Below are positions 49,273 to 62,038 of a stretch of 64,000 bases of DNA, piece after piece. Numbering within the stretch: the stretch's first letter is position 1; each line of letters begins with the position of its first letter. Position numbers and translations under genes: made by a program. Under the pieces are notes generated by a model that saw only the letters and a program-made list of their open reading frames with translations, did no database searches and was not told the origin of the DNA. The DNA is taken from contig SKWO01000001.1 in the NCBI GenBank assembly GCA_007128895.1, positions 4,477 through 68,476 on the forward strand. Reading direction: 5' to 3'. This stretch comes from Gammaproteobacteria bacterium (GTDB taxonomy: Bacteria > Pseudomonadota > Gammaproteobacteria > SKWO01).

Positions 49273-51094
49273 GGACGGCGCCGTTGGCGGCGGAGGTGGT
49301 CATGGCCGCGTAGGCACGCAGGGCGGCCGAGACCGGCCGGTTCCGGTCGAGCGGCTTCCAGGCCGCATCGCCCCGCGCTGCCATCACCTCACGGCGTGTG
49401 GCAAGCACAGCGTCGTCAACGGCGATGCGGATGGTACGCGCAGGGATGTCGATCTCGATACGGTCGCCCTCCTCGACCAGGCCGATGGCGCCGCCCTCGG
49501 CCGCTTCCGGCGAGACGTGGCCGATGGAGAGGCCGGAGGTGCCGCCGGAGAAGCGGCCGTCGGTGATCAGCGCGCACGCCTTGCCGAGCCCCTTCGATTT
49601 CAGGTAGCTGGTCGGGTAGAGCATCTCCTGCATGCCCGGTCCGCCGCGCGGTCCTTCGTAACGGATGATGACGACATCGCCGGCCTGGATGCGGTCGGCG
49701 AGGATCGCCTCGACCGCCGCTTCCTGACTCTCGAAGAGCCGCGCCGGACCGGCAAAGCGCAGGATCGAGGCATCGACCCCGGCGGTCTTGACAATGCAGC
49801 CCTCCTCGGCGAGGTTGCCGTAGAGTACGGCGAGGCCGCCATCACGGCTGTAGGCGTGGTCAAGGTCACGGATACAGCCGTTGGTGCGGTCGCGGTCCGG
49901 CTCCCAGCTGCGCTCCTGGCTGAAGGCCTGCTGGGTCGGCACCCCGCCGGGGGCCGCGCTATAGAGAGCCTGAGCGGCTTCGTTGGCCGGGTTGGTCAGG
50001 TCCCAGCGGTCGATCGCTTCGCCCAGAGTCGGGCTGTGTACGGTCGGCACGTCGCGGTGAAGCAGGCCGGCACGGTCGAGTTCGGCGAGGATGCCGACCA
50101 CGCCGCCGGCGCGGTGGACGTCCTCCATGTGGTAGTCAGGGGTCGACGGCGCTACCTTGCACAGGTGCGGCACCTTGCGCGACATGCGGTCGATGTCGGC
50201 CATGCTGAAGTCGACCCCGGCCTCGCGCGCCGCGGCAAGCAGGTGGAGCACGGTGTTGGTCGAGCCGCCCATGGCGATGTCGAGCGCCATCGCGTTCTCG
50301 AACGCCTCGAAGGTGGCGATCGAACGTGGCAGGGCCGTGGCATCGTCCTGCTCGTACCAGCGCCGGGCCAGCTCGACCACCTTGCGCCCGGCCTCTAGGA
50401 AGAGTTCACGGCGGCGAGCGTGGGTGGCCAGCAGTGAGCCGTTGCCAGGCAGCGAGAGGCCGAGCGCCTCGGTCAGGCAGTTCATCGAGTTGGCGGTGAA
50501 CATGCCGGAGCAGGAGCCGCAAGTCGGGCAGGCCGAGCGCTCCAGGGTGGCGACCTCATCGTCGCTGCGCTGGCTGTCGGCGGCAGCGACCATGGCATCG
50601 ACCAGGTCGAGATGGTGGACCTTGCCGGCGATGGTCGCCTTGCCGGCCTCCATCGGCCCGCCGGAGACGAAGACCGCCGGGATGTTGAGGCGCAGCGCGG
50701 CATTCAGCATACCGGGGGTGATCTTGTCGCAGTTGGAGATGCAGACCAGGGCGTCGGCGCAGTGGGCGTTGACCATGTACTCGACGCTGTCGGCGATCAG
50801 CTCGCGCGATGGCAGCGAGTAGAGCATGCCGCCGTGGCCCATGGCAATGCCGTCGTCGATGGCGATGGTATTGAACTCCTTGGCCACGCCACCAGCGGCC
50901 TCGATCTCGCGTGCGACCATCTGGCCCAGATCCTTCAGGTGGACGTGGCCAGGGACGAACTGGGTGAAGGAGTTGACCACGGCGATGATCGGCTTGCCGA
51001 AATCGTCGTCTTTCATGCCGGTGGCGCGCCACAGCGAACGGGCGCCAGCCATGTTGCGGCCGTGGGTCGAGGTGCGGGAGCGGTAGTCTGGCAT
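49247..51094 (-). CDS. ilvD: Dihydroxy-acid dehydratase
   Basis: 615 aa of the ILVD/EDD family (CDKITPGM...SGGTSG). Confidence 0.95.
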   Translation of the reverse strand: MPDYRSRTSTHGRNMAGARSLWRATGMKDDDFGKPIIAVVNSFTQFVPGHVHLKDLGQMVAREIEAAGGVAKEFNTIAIDDGIAMGHGGMLYSLPSRELIADSVEYMVNAHCADALVCISNCDKITPGMLNAALRLNIPAVFVSGGPMEAGKATIAGKVHHLDLVDAMVAAADSQRSDDEVATLERSACPTCGSCSGMFTANSMNCLTEALGLSLPGNGSLLATHARRRELFLEAGRKVVELARRWYEQDDATALPRSIATFEAFENAMALDIAMGGSTNTVLHLLAAAREAGVDFSMADIDRMSRKVPHLCKVAPSTPDYHMEDVHRAGGVVGILAELDRAGLLHRDVPTVHSPTLGEAIDRWDLTNPANEAAQALYSAAPGGVPTQQAFSQERSWEPDRDRTNGCIRDLDHAYSRDGGLAVLYGNLAEEGCIVKTAGVDASILRFAGPARLFESQEAAVEAILADRIQAGDVVIIRYEGPRGGPGMQEMLYPTSYLKSKGLGKACALITDGRFSGGTSGLSIGHVSPEAAEGGAIGLVEEGDRIEIDIPARTIRIAVDDAVLATRREVMAARGDAAWKPLDRNRPVSAALRAYAAMTTSAANGAVRDVSQLER

Positions 51095-51138
51095 CGTTAT
51101 GGACTCGTTAGTGTTGTTGGATGGGGTTCAGGGGCGCA

Positions 51139-52059
51139 TCAGGCCCATTCTGCCATACCCATGAGCAGTTCAAGGAGTGCCTTCTGGGCGTGCAGGCGGT
51201 TCTCCGCCTCTTCCCAGACCACGCTCTGTGGACCGTCGAGTACCTCGGCGCTGACCTCTTCGCCGCGGTGGGCCGGCAGGCAGTGCATGAAGAGGGCATC
51301 GGGGGCGGCGCGCGCCATCATGGCGCCGGTTACCTGGAAGTCGGCAAAGGCCAGTGCGCGCAGGGTCTGCTCCTCCTCCTGCCCCATGCTGGCCCAGACG
51401 TCGGTGACGACCAGATCGACATCGTCGACGGCGGCCAGCGGGTCGCGGAAGAGGGCGACGCGGTCACCCGCTGCGGCCATGACGTCGGGCAGCGGATCGT
51501 ACCCCTCGGGACAGGCGATATGCAGCTTGAAGTCGAACTGGCGGGCGGCATTGATGTAGGAGTGGCACATGTTGTTGCCGTCGCCGACCCAGGCCACCGT
51601 CTTGCCGGCCATGGGGCCGCGCAGCTCATACCAGGTCTGCATGTCGGCCAGCAGTTGGCAGGGGTGGTAGAGGTCGGTCAGGGCATTGATCACCGGTACC
51701 CGCGAGTGGGCGGCGAAGGCCTCCACCTTGTCGTGCTCGTAGGTACGGATCATCACCGCATCGACCATGCGCGACAGCACCCGGGCGCTGTCTTCGATCG
51801 GCTCGCCGCGCCCGAGCTGGGTGTCGCGCGGCGAGAGGAAGATGGCATGGCCACCGAACTGGGCCATGCCGGCTTCGAAGGAGACCCGGGTGCGGGTCGA
51901 CGACTTCTCGAAGATCATCCCCAGTACGCGGTTCTTGAGCGGCTCGTAGATAACCCCGTCGCGCACCATCTGCTTGAGTTCGATGGCGCGCAGGATCAGC
52001 CGATTGAGTGTCTCGGGCGGGAGATCCAGCAGGGTCAGGAAGTGGCGCGGCGTGGTCAT
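51139..52059 (-). CDS. argF: Ornithine carbamoyltransferase
   Basis: 306 aa with STRTR and HCLP motifs. Confidence 0.9.
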   Translation of the reverse strand: MTTPRHFLTLLDLPPETLNRLILRAIELKQMVRDGVIYEPLKNRVLGMIFEKSSTRTRVSFEAGMAQFGGHAIFLSPRDTQLGRGEPIEDSARVLSRMVDAVMIRTYEHDKVEAFAAHSRVPVINALTDLYHPCQLLADMQTWYELRGPMAGKTVAWVGDGNNMCHSYINAARQFDFKLHIACPEGYDPLPDVMAAAGDRVALFRDPLAAVDDVDLVVTDVWASMGQEEEQTLRALAFADFQVTGAMMARAAPDALFMHCLPAHRGEEVSAEVLDGPQSVVWEEAENRLHAQKALLELLMGMAEWA

Positions 52060-53243
52060 GCCGCCTCCTTCTCGGTGAGAAAGTCGTGCAGCAGCGAGGC
52101 AACCTGATCGGCCAGGAAATCGGCCTCGGCATCGCTCATGACCAGCGGCGGCAGCAGCCGCACCACCCGTTCCGCGGTGACATTGAGCAGCAGGCCGCGC
52201 TTCAGGGCTCGGCCAACCAGCTCACCGCACGGACGGTCGAGGACAATGCCGACCATCAAGCCGTGGCCGCGAACCGTCTCGACACCGGCGGTCTGGCCAA
52301 GGCGGTCGACCAGTCCTTCGAGCAGGCGGCTGCCGAGGTGGGCGGCCCGCTCGGTCAACTGATCGTGCTCGATCGTCCGCAGCACCGCCAGTGCCGCGCT
52401 GCACGCCAGCGGCGAGCCGCCGAAGGTGGTGGCGTGGTTGCCGGGGGTGAAAACATCGGCGGCGATGCCGCTGGCCAGGCAGGCGCCGATCGGGAAGCCG
52501 TTGCCCAGCCCTTTGGCCAGGGTCATCACGTCCGGTACGACTCCTTCGTGCTGGCAGGCGAACCAGCGACCGGTGCGGCCGATTCCGGTCTGCACCTCAT
52601 CGACCATCATCAGCCAGCCCATCTGGTTGCAGAGTTGACGCAGAGCGCCCAGATAGCCCGGTTCCGGCACGCGAACCCCACCTTCGCCCTGAACCGGCTC
52701 GACCAGTACGGCGACCACGTTGGGATCGGCGGCTGCGATCCGCTCCAGCGTCTCCAGGTCGTTGTAGGGGACGCGGATAAAGCCCTGCACCAGGGGTTCG
52801 AAGCCCTGCTGGACCCGGGCGTTGCCGGTGGCGGTGAGGGTGGCCATGGTGCGGCCGTGGAAGGCGCCTTGGGCGACCACGATGGTCGGCTGATGGATGC
52901 CGTTGCGATGGCCGTGCAGCCGGGCCAGCTTGATCGCGGCCTCGTTGGCCTCGGCACCCGAGTTGCAAAAGAAGGCCCGATCCATACCGGCCAGGCGCAC
53001 CAGCTCGGCGGCCAATTGCTCCTGCAGCGGGATACGGTAGAGGTTGGAGGTGTGTACCAGGGTGGCGGCCTGTTCGGCCACCGCCTTGGCGACGGCCGGG
53101 TGGGCGTGGCCAAGGTTGCACACGGCAACGCCGCTGATGGCATCGAAGTAGCGCTGGCCGTCTTCATCCCACAGCCAGCAGCCCTCGCCCTTGGCAAAAG
53201 CGACCGGCAGGCGGCCATAGGTGTGCATGATCGGGTCGGTCAT
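52056..53243 (-). CDS. argD: Acetylornithine aminotransferase
   Basis: 395 aa class III PLP aminotransferase ([15 protein letters not shown]). Trimmed to the Met at 53243. It overlaps argF by 4 nt. Confidence 0.85.
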   Translation of the reverse strand: MTDPIMHTYGRLPVAFAKGEGCWLWDEDGQRYFDAISGVAVCNLGHAHPAVAKAVAEQAATLVHTSNLYRIPLQEQLAAELVRLAGMDRAFFCNSGAEANEAAIKLARLHGHRNGIHQPTIVVAQGAFHGRTMATLTATGNARVQQGFEPLVQGFIRVPYNDLETLERIAAADPNVVAVLVEPVQGEGGVRVPEPGYLGALRQLCNQMGWLMMVDEVQTGIGRTGRWFACQHEGVVPDVMTLAKGLGNGFPIGACLASGIAADVFTPGNHATTFGGSPLACSAALAVLRTIEHDQLTERAAHLGSRLLEGLVDRLGQTAGVETVRGHGLMVGIVLDRPCGELVGRALKRGLLLNVTAERVVRLLPPLVMSDAEADFLADQVASLLHDFLTEKEAA

Positions 53244-53252
53244 GGCGTCTCT

Positions 53253-53291
53253 CTGAAAAGAAAACGGCAGCCCTGCTGGGCAGGGCCGCCG
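53253..53291 (-). terminator. Rho-independent terminator after sodB
   Basis: On the minus strand, CGGCGGCCCUGC-(CCA)-GCAGGGCUGCCG is a 12-bp stem with one G.U pair, followed by UUUUCUUUUC. Confidence 0.5.
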
Positions 53292-53313
53292 GCTTAGGAT
53301 TGTATTGGGGTGC

Positions 53314-53895
53314 TCAGCCGAGGTTGGCCGCGACGAACTCCCAGTTGACCAGCTGCCAGAACGCCTCGAGGAACTTCGGGCGGGCATTGCGGTGGTCGAT
53401 GTAGTAGGCGTGTTCCCAGACATCGACGGTCAGCAGCGGTGTGTCGCCATCCGTCAATGGGGTAGCGGCGTTGCTGGTATTGACGATAGCCAGCGAACCG
53501 TCGGCCTTCTTCACCAACCAGGTCCAGCCGGAGCCGAAGTTGTTCACCGCCTTGTCGGTGAACTGCTCGCGGAAGGCCGCCACCGAGCCGAAGGCACCGT
53601 TGATGGCGTCCAGCAGCTTGCCGTTCGGCTCACCGCCGCCGTTCGGGCTCAGGCAGTTCCAGAAGAAGGTGTGGTTCCAGACCTGGGCAGCGTTGTTGAA
53701 GATCGGACCGGCCGGGGCCTTGCAGACGATCTCCTCCAGCGACAGGTTCTCGAATTCGGTGCCGGGGATCAGCCCATTGAGCTTGGTCACATAGGTGGCG
53801 TGGTGCTTGCCATGGTGAAAGTCGAGGGTCTCGGCAGACATGTGCGGTGCCAGTGCATCCTTGGCATACGGCAGTTCGGGCAGCGTGTGTTCCAT
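53314..53895 (-). CDS. sodB: Fe/Mn superoxide dismutase
   Basis: 193 aa with an N-terminal H...H, a C-terminal DVWEHAYY and the metal-ligand pattern. Confidence 0.9.
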   Translation of the reverse strand: MEHTLPELPYAKDALAPHMSAETLDFHHGKHHATYVTKLNGLIPGTEFENLSLEEIVCKAPAGPIFNNAAQVWNHTFFWNCLSPNGGGEPNGKLLDAINGAFGSVAAFREQFTDKAVNNFGSGWTWLVKKADGSLAIVNTSNAATPLTDGDTPLLTVDVWEHAYYIDHRNARPKFLEAFWQLVNWEFVAANLG

Positions 53896-54210
53896 GCTTC
53901 TATCTCCTTGTATCTTCGAAAATGAAGAGCCTTTTCACCGAATCATCATAACCGATAGTGAGCTCGTCAATCCACCCGTGCCGTGGTCATCATTTTCGTG
54001 CAGCCATGTACATCGGGGCGTCAATTCTTTAAAATTGAACAAATCCGCTGTCACTATCTGCTGCTGATCGTGCATACGGCACGGCCTCCATACACCAGCC
54101 CCCTCCGTTTGTCCGGGAGGGGCCGGGCTCGGTCGGGAAATGTTTCCGGCACCTTCGCCCATCGGCGAAAACCAACCTTATCCACAAGCAACTGCAAGGG
54201 GAACCAAGCT

Positions 54211-55371
54211 ATGGCCAATCGACACCTGTTTACCTCCGAATCGGTCTCCGAGGGACATCCGGACAAGGTCGCCGACCAGATCTCCGACGCCATCCTCGAT
54301 GCCATGCTCGAGCAGGACCCGAAGTCACGGGTCGCCTGCGAGACCCTGGTCAAGACCGGCATGGTGCTGGTCGCCGGTGAGGTCACCACCCAGGCGAGCA
54401 TCGACCTGCAGTCGGTGATCCGGGCCACGGTCAAGGAGATCGGCTACAACAGCTCGCACATGGGCTTCGACTGGGAGTCGTGCGCGGTGCTGACGGCGCT
54501 GGACAAGCAGTCGCCCGACATCGCCATGGGGGTCGATGAGTCGGAGGACCACGAGCAGGGCGCCGGTGACCAGGGATTGATGTTCGGCTACGCCAGCAAT
54601 GAGACCGATGTCCTGATGCCGGCTCCGATCATCTACTCGCATCGTCTGGTCAAGCGCCAGGCCGAGGTGCGCAAGAACGGCTCGCTGCCGTGGCTGCGCC
54701 CGGACGCCAAGAGCCAGGTCACCTTTGTCTACGAGGACGACAAGCCGGTCGCGATCGATGCCGTGGTCCTCTCCACCCAGCATGACGAGTCGATCAGCCA
54801 GAAGGTGCTGCGTGAGGCGGTGATGGACGACATCATCCTGCCGACCCTGCCGGCCGAGTGGATCAGCAAGGAGACCAAGTTCTACATCAACCCGACCGGT
54901 CGCTTCGTCATCGGCGGCCCGGTCGGCGACTGCGGTCTGACCGGGCGCAAGATCATCGTCGATACCTACGGCGGCATGGCCCGTCACGGCGGTGGCGCCT
55001 TCTCCGGCAAGGATCCGTCCAAGGTCGACCGCTCCGCCGCCTACGCGGCTCGCTACGTGGCCAAGAACATCGTCGCCGCCGGTCTGGCCGAGCGCTGCGA
55101 GATCCAGGTCTCCTACGCCATCGGTGTCGCCGAGCCGACCTCGATCAGTGTCGAGACCTTCGGCACCGCCAAGCTGCCGGAGGAGAAGCTGACCGCGCTG
55201 GTGCGTGACCACTTCGACCTGCGTCCGCGCGGCCTGATCGCGATGCTCGACCTGCTCAAGCCGCGTTACGCCAACACCGCTGCCTACGGCCACTTCGGTC
55301 GCACCGAGGAGAACTTCACCTGGGAGCGCACCGACAAGGCCGATGCCCTGCGCGAGGCCGCCGGTCTGTAA
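54211..55371 (+). CDS. metK: S-adenosylmethionine synthetase
   Basis: 386 aa beginning [20 protein letters not shown], with [19 protein letters not shown]. Trimmed to the Met at 54211. Confidence 0.95.
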   Translation: MANRHLFTSESVSEGHPDKVADQISDAILDAMLEQDPKSRVACETLVKTGMVLVAGEVTTQASIDLQSVIRATVKEIGYNSSHMGFDWESCAVLTALDKQSPDIAMGVDESEDHEQGAGDQGLMFGYASNETDVLMPAPIIYSHRLVKRQAEVRKNGSLPWLRPDAKSQVTFVYEDDKPVAIDAVVLSTQHDESISQKVLREAVMDDIILPTLPAEWISKETKFYINPTGRFVIGGPVGDCGLTGRKIIVDTYGGMARHGGGAFSGKDPSKVDRSAAYAARYVAKNIVAAGLAERCEIQVSYAIGVAEPTSISVETFGTAKLPEEKLTALVRDHFDLRPRGLIAMLDLLKPRYANTAAYGHFGRTEENFTWERTDKADALREAAGL

Positions 55372-55389
55372 CCACCCCCTTTTCCCTTC

Positions 55390-55465
55390 CCCACCGAGGA
55401 GCGTTGCAACAGGCATGGCCTGCCAGGCTCGGTGAGGAGGCCCTTGATCAACGGCGCTCCCAACG
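55390..55465 (+). promoter_or_regulatory. SAH (S-adenosylhomocysteine) riboswitch
   Basis: CCGAGGAGCGUUGCAAC...CAGGCUCGG...AACGGCGCUCC matches the SAH-riboswitch consensus blocks (GAGGAGCGCUGCRAC / GGCUCGG / AACGGCGCUC). It sits immediately 5' of ahcY. Confidence 0.8.
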
Positions 55466-55482
55466 ACACTCAGGAGAGAACC

Positions 55483-56781
<1,299 letters not shown>

Positions 56782-56850
56782 TCCGCAACAGCAACCGGCG
56801 GGCGCGCAGCGGCAACTGCGCGCCCTTCCCGGTTTCACCGGGAGATAATC

Positions 56851-57694
56851 CATGCACGACAAGACCTTCAGTATCGAATTCTTTCCGCCCAAGACCGACG
56901 AGGGCGCGGCCAAGCTGTGCGCCGTGCGCGGCGAGCTGGCGGCGCTGGGGCCGCGCTATTTTTCGGTCACCTACGGCGCGGGCGGCTCGACCCAGGCCGG
57001 CACCTTCGACACCGTCGCCGCGATCCAGCAGGAGGGGATCGAGGCCGCCCCGCACCTGACCTGCATCGGCTCGACCCGCGACAGTGTCAGTGAGCTGCTG
57101 CAGCGCTATATCGAGCTGGGTGTGCAGCGCATTGTTGCCCTGCGCGGCGACATGCCCTCCGGCATGCGCGACCCGGGGGATTTCCGTTACGCCGTTGACC
57201 TGGTCCGCTTCATCCGCGAGACGACCGGCGACCACTTCGCCATCGAGGTCGCTGCCTATCCGGAGATCCATCCGCAGGCACGCAGTGCCAAGGACGATAT
57301 CGACCGCTTCTGCGACAAGGTGCGCGCCGGTGCCGACAGCGCGATCACCCAGTACTTCTTCAACATCGACGCCTGGCTGCGCTTTCGCGACGAGGTCACC
57401 GCGCGCGGGGTCGAGGTGCCCATCATTCCCGGCATCATGCCGATCAACAACCACAGCCAGCTGGCCCGCTTCTCCGACATGTGCGGCGCCGAGATACCGC
57501 GCTGGCTGCGCAAGCGGCTCGAAGGCTACGGCGACGACGTCGCCTCGATCCGCGCCTACGGTCTCGATGTCGTCCGCGACCTTAGCCGCCGCCTGCTCGA
57601 GGCCGGCGCCCCCGGCCTGCACTTCTACTCAATGAACCAGACCGAGCCGACCGCCACCCTGTGGCGCGATCTGGGGCTGACTTCTGCGACCTAG
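56851..57694 (+). CDS. metF: 5,10-methylenetetrahydrofolate reductase
   Basis: 280 aa beginning SIEFFPPKT, with VTYGAGGST. Confidence 0.9.
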
Positions 57695-57710
57695 CCGATC
57701 GGCGCGCACC

Positions 57711-59060
57711 ATGAACAACGACGAGCTGCTACGGCGTGACCTCGCGGTGCTCTGGCACCCGTGTACGCAGATGAAGGACCACGAGAGCCTGCCGCTGATC
57801 CCGATCCGGCGCGGTGAGGGGGTCTGGCTGGAGGACTTCGACGGCAATCGCTACCTCGACGCGATCAGCTCGTGGTGGGTCAACCTCTTCGGCCACGCCA
57901 ACCCCTCCATCAACCAGGCGATCCGCGACCAGCTCGAACGGCTCGAACACGTCATCCTTGCCGGTTTCGGCCATCAGCCGGCGATTGAGCTGGCCGAGCG
58001 GCTGGTGGCGCTGACGCCGCAGCCGCTGACCCGGTGCTTCTACACCGATAACGGCTCCTCAGCGGTCGAAGTGGCGTTGAAGATGAGCTTTCACTACTGG
58101 CGCAACCACGGCCAGCCTCGGCGCACCCGCTTCATCTCGCTCTCCGGCAGCTACCACGGTGAGACCCTCGGCGCCCTTGCCGTTGGCGATGTCGCCCTCT
58201 ACAAGGAGACCTACGGCCCGCTACTGCTGGAGCCGATCATCGTGCCGTCACCCGATGCCTGGAACCGCGAACCGGGTGAGCGTGCCGCCGACGTGGCCGA
58301 GCGCCGCTTCGCCGCGATGGAGGCGGCGCTGGAGCAGCACAGCGGTGAGGTCTGTGCCGTCATCGTCGAACCGCTGGTGCAGTGCGCCGGCGGCATGCGC
58401 ATGTACGACCCGGTCTACCTGACGCGGCTGCGTGAGGCGTGCGACCGGCACAATGTCCATCTGATCGCCGATGAGATCGCCGTCGGCTTCGGTCGCACCG
58501 GCACCCTCTTCGCCTGCGAGCAGGCCGGGATCAGCCCTGACTTCCTCTGCCTCTCCAAGGGGCTGACCGGCGGCTACCTGCCGCTCGCCGCGGTGCTCAC
58601 CAGCGACGACGTCTACCGGGCCTTCTACGACGACTACACTACGTTGCGCGCCTTTCTCCATTCGCACAGCTACACCGGCAACCCGCTTGGCTGCGCCGCC
58701 GCATTGGCCACCCTCGACCTCTTCGAGCAGCAGCCGGTGCTGGAGCGCAACCGCCAGTTGGCTGCTCACATGGGGCGGGCCTTCGCCCATCTGGCCGACC
58801 ATCCGCACGTTGGCGAGGTGCGCCAGACCGGCATGATCCTCGCTGCCGAGATGGTGCGCGACAAGGCCAGCCGCGAGCCCTACCCGTGGCAGGAGCGTCG
58901 CGGCCTTACCGTCTACCGCCACGCCCTCGAACGCGGTGCCCTGCTGCGCCCGCTCGGCAACGTCGTCTACCTGATGCCGCCCTACGTCATCACCGAGGCG
59001 CAGATCGACCGGCTCGCCGAGGTGGCGAGCGCAGGGATCACGCGCGCCACCACTGACTGA
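57711..59060 (+). CDS. bioA: Adenosylmethionine-8-amino-7-oxononanoate aminotransferase
   Basis: 449 aa with the BioA N-terminus (LWHPCTQMKDHE...) and the PLP motif DEIAVGFGRTG. Confidence 0.9.
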   Translation: MNNDELLRRDLAVLWHPCTQMKDHESLPLIPIRRGEGVWLEDFDGNRYLDAISSWWVNLFGHANPSINQAIRDQLERLEHVILAGFGHQPAIELAERLVALTPQPLTRCFYTDNGSSAVEVALKMSFHYWRNHGQPRRTRFISLSGSYHGETLGALAVGDVALYKETYGPLLLEPIIVPSPDAWNREPGERAADVAERRFAAMEAALEQHSGEVCAVIVEPLVQCAGGMRMYDPVYLTRLREACDRHNVHLIADEIAVGFGRTGTLFACEQAGISPDFLCLSKGLTGGYLPLAAVLTSDDVYRAFYDDYTTLRAFLHSHSYTGNPLGCAAALATLDLFEQQPVLERNRQLAAHMGRAFAHLADHPHVGEVRQTGMILAAEMVRDKASREPYPWQERRGLTVYRHALERGALLRPLGNVVYLMPPYVITEAQIDRLAEVASAGITRATTD

Positions 59061-59089
59061 ACGGCCAGGTCGGCTGGCTCTGCAAATTT

Positions 59090-60187
59090 TTGGGAAAGAG
59101 TATGACAGATGAACAAGCTCCCTCGACCCGGGAGGGGATGGGCTACTTCGGGCGTTACCTGACCCTCTGGGTTGCACTCTGCATCATCGCCGGGGTCGCC
59201 CTGGGTCAGCTCGCCCCGGGGGTGCCGGAGACGCTGGCGCAGTGGGAGTACGCCTCGGTCTCGATCCCGGTGGCGATCCTGGTCTGGGCGATGATCTTCC
59301 CAATGATGGTGCAAATCGACTTCACCGCCATCGTCGGCGTGCGCAAGCAGCCGAAGGGGCTGGTCATCACCACCACGGTCAACTGGCTGATCAAGCCGTT
59401 CAGCATGTTCGTCATCGCCTGGTTCTTCCTGCTGGTCCTCTTCTCACCGTGGATCCCGGAGGAGCTGGGCCGCGAGTACCTGGCCGGGGCGATCCTGCTT
59501 GGCGCGGCACCATGCACGGCCATGGTCTTCGTCTGGAGCTACCTGACCCGCGGCGATGCGGCCTATACGCTGGTTCAGGTGGCGGTCAACGACCTGATCA
59601 TGCTCTTTGCCTTCGCCCCGATCGTCATGCTGCTGCTCGGCCTCTCCAGCATCGTTGTACCGTGGGAGACGGTGGCACTGTCGGTGCTGCTCTATATCGT
59701 CATCCCCTTCGTGGCCGGATACGTCACACGGGTTACGCTGATCCGGCGCAAGGGGATCGACTGGTTCGACAATGTCTTTCTCAAACGACTGGGGCCGGTG
59801 ACACCGACCGGACTGCTGATCACACTGATTCTGCTCTTTGCATTCCAGGGCGAGACGATCCTGGCAAACCCGTTCCACATCGCACTGATCGCCGTGCCAC
59901 TGATCGTGCAGACCGTTCTGGTCTTTGCCATCGCCTACTACTGGGCGCAACGCTGGCGGGTGAGTCATGCCGTGGCGGCGCCGGGAGCGATGATCGGGGC
60001 GAGCAACTTCTTCGAGCTGGCGGTGGCGGCGGCGATCGCGATGTTCGGCTTGCACTCCGGCGCGGCGCTGGCTACCGTGGTCGGCGTGCTGGTCGAGGTG
60101 CCGCTGATGCTGGCGCTGGTGCGCTATGCCAATCGCACCCGGCACCGTTTTCCGATAACAGAGAGTGGAGGCTCTAATCATGGCTGA
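59090..60187 (+). CDS. acr3: ACR3-family arsenite efflux transporter
   Basis: 365 aa with ten TM helices. It has the ACR3 N-terminal pattern (YFGRYLTLWVALCIIAG) and the conserved Cys in TM4 (GAAPCTAMVFVWS). Confidence 0.75.
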   Translation: MGKSMTDEQAPSTREGMGYFGRYLTLWVALCIIAGVALGQLAPGVPETLAQWEYASVSIPVAILVWAMIFPMMVQIDFTAIVGVRKQPKGLVITTTVNWLIKPFSMFVIAWFFLLVLFSPWIPEELGREYLAGAILLGAAPCTAMVFVWSYLTRGDAAYTLVQVAVNDLIMLFAFAPIVMLLLGLSSIVVPWETVALSVLLYIVIPFVAGYVTRVTLIRRKGIDWFDNVFLKRLGPVTPTGLLITLILLFAFQGETILANPFHIALIAVPLIVQTVLVFAIAYYWAQRWRVSHAVAAPGAMIGASNFFELAVAAAIAMFGLHSGAALATVVGVLVEVPLMLALVRYANRTRHRFPITESGGSNHG

Positions 60188-60590
60188 CCACGTCCTGGTG
60201 GCGGTCGACTTCTCGTCACAGTGGCCGGCGCTGCGTGCGGCGATCGAGCGTCTGTGCGAAAAGGGCTACCGCCGGATGACGCTGGTTCACGTCCTCGCCG
60301 AGGGATACGGCCGCATACCCGACACGACCCATCGGGAACACTACGTGCAGGAGCTGGAGGCGGTTGCCGCAACGCTGCGCGGCCAAGGGGCCGAGGTCAA
60401 CGGAGAGGTACGCAGTGGCAGCGTCGTCAATGAGCTACTGCAGGCTGCGGATGAGCATGGCGCCGATCTGATCGCGATCGGCAAGCGCGGGCGCAACCCA
60501 GTGATCGATCTACTGCTCGGCAGTGTCGCTGAGGGGGTCTGCCGGCACAGCCGCCTGCCGGTGCTGCTGATCCCCGTTAAGGAAGCGTAA
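60180..60590 (+). CDS. Universal stress protein (UspA family)
   Basis: 136 aa with the Usp pattern (HVLVAVDFS...ADLIAIGKRGRNPVIDLLLGSVAEGVCRHSRLPVLLIP). It overlaps the acr3 stop by 8 nt. Confidence 0.8.
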   Translation: MADHVLVAVDFSSQWPALRAAIERLCEKGYRRMTLVHVLAEGYGRIPDTTHREHYVQELEAVAATLRGQGAEVNGEVRSGSVVNELLQAADEHGADLIAIGKRGRNPVIDLLLGSVAEGVCRHSRLPVLLIPVKEA

Positions 60591-60594
60591 CGCC

Positions 60595-61323
60595 ATGCGC
60601 ATCCCACGTCTCTTCCATCCACAGCCACTGGCCGGCCTTGAGCGCGTTCTCCTGAGCGACGAGGCGTTCGGCCACGCGGTGCGTGTGCTGCGCTTGCGTG
60701 AGGGCGATCCGCTGCGGCTCTTCGACGGTAGCGGCGGCGAGTATACGGCTGAACTGGAACGGGTCGAGCGGCGCGAGGCGTGGGTACGTATCGGGGCATT
60801 CGACGCCGTCGAGCGCGAGTCGCCCCTGCGAGTCTGGCTGGGGCAGGGGCTGTCACGTGGCGAGCGCATGGAGATCGCGATCCAGAAGGCGGTCGAGCTC
60901 GGCGTGAGCCGGATCACGCCGCTGCAGGTGGCGCGCAGCGTGGTGCGGCTGGATGAGCAGAAGGCGCGCAAGCGGCAGGCGCGCTGGAACGAGGTGGCGG
61001 TCGCGGCCTGCGAGCAGAGTGGGCGCAACCGGCTGCCAACGATCGACCCCCCGCAGCCGCTGGGCAGCTGGCTGACGCCGCACGACGGACCCCGCCTGCT
61101 GCTTGACCCCGCCGACGGGATCAGATTGGCCGATCTGTCCCCTCCGGAATCGGGCCAGGTCAGCGTGCTGGTCGGCCCCGAGGGCGGGCTGGACGAGACG
61201 GAGCGGGCTTTGGCACGCCAGCATGGCTGGCAGCCGGTGCGTCTCGGGCCGCGCGTACTGCGTACGGAGACGGCACCGCTGGCGATCCTGGCGGCGCTGC
61301 AGGTGCTTTGGGGTGACCTATAG
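60595..61323 (+). CDS. rsmE: 16S rRNA (uracil1498-N3)-methyltransferase
   Basis: 242 aa with a PUA-like N-terminus and a SPOUT C-terminus (LVGPEGGLDETE). Confidence 0.85.
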   Translation: MRIPRLFHPQPLAGLERVLLSDEAFGHAVRVLRLREGDPLRLFDGSGGEYTAELERVERREAWVRIGAFDAVERESPLRVWLGQGLSRGERMEIAIQKAVELGVSRITPLQVARSVVRLDEQKARKRQARWNEVAVAACEQSGRNRLPTIDPPQPLGSWLTPHDGPRLLLDPADGIRLADLSPPESGQVSVLVGPEGGLDETERALARQHGWQPVRLGPRVLRTETAPLAILAALQVLWGDL

Positions 61324-62019
61324 CGGTGGGATGCCCTGCTCCGTGGGGTGGTGGGCGGCACGCCACTGCGGGTAGCCATCCTCCAGGCGGCGGACATGGT
61401 AGCCTTCGCGGCGCAGCGTCTCGACCGCCTCGAAGGCCAGCATGCAGTACGGGCCGCGGCAGTAGGCGACGACCTCGCGGTCGCGCGGCAGCTCCGCCAG
61501 GCGCTTGCCCAACTCGTTGAGCGGCACGTTGACCGCCCCCTTGATATGGCCGGCGGCGTACTCCTCGGGGGGGCGCACGTCGATCACCGTGACCTCGCCG
61601 GCATGGGCGAGCCGCAACAGCTCCTCATGGCGCACCGGGGTCAGCTGGTCGCGGCTCTCGAACGACTCTCGCACGATCCGTTCGACCTCGGCCAACTGCT
61701 CCTCGGCGATGTGCTGGATGTCGCCGACGACGCGCAGGATACGCGCCTCGTCACTGAGGCGGTAGAAGACCTGTACGCCGTCACGGCGCGAATGGACCAG
61801 GCCGCCGTCGCGCAGCACCTGCAGGTGGTGCGAGGTGTTGGCTACCGGCAGGTTGGTGGCGCGCGCCAGCTCATCGACGCGGCGCTCGCCCTGGGCCAGT
61901 GCCTCGATCAGGTCGAGGCGCTGTGGGCTGGCAAGCGCCTTGGCCACCCGGGCGAACTGCTCCAGCAGCAGCAGCTTCGGCGATGTCGGGCTTCGTGGCA
62001 TGCGGTCTTCCAATGACAA
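61318..62019 (-). CDS. ArsR/SmtB-family transcriptional regulator fused to a rhodanese domain
   Basis: 233 aa. The N-terminus has a wHTH (VDELARATNLPVANTSHHLQVLRDGGLV). The C-terminus is a rhodanese fold with a Cys loop (VVAYCRGPYCM). Confidence 0.7.
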   Translation of the reverse strand: MSLEDRMPRSPTSPKLLLLEQFARVAKALASPQRLDLIEALAQGERRVDELARATNLPVANTSHHLQVLRDGGLVHSRRDGVQVFYRLSDEARILRVVGDIQHIAEEQLAEVERIVRESFESRDQLTPVRHEELLRLAHAGEVTVIDVRPPEEYAAGHIKGAVNVPLNELGKRLAELPRDREVVAYCRGPYCMLAFEAVETLRREGYHVRRLEDGYPQWRAAHHPTEQGIPPL

Positions 62020-62038
62020 ACAATCTTTTGATTATATC

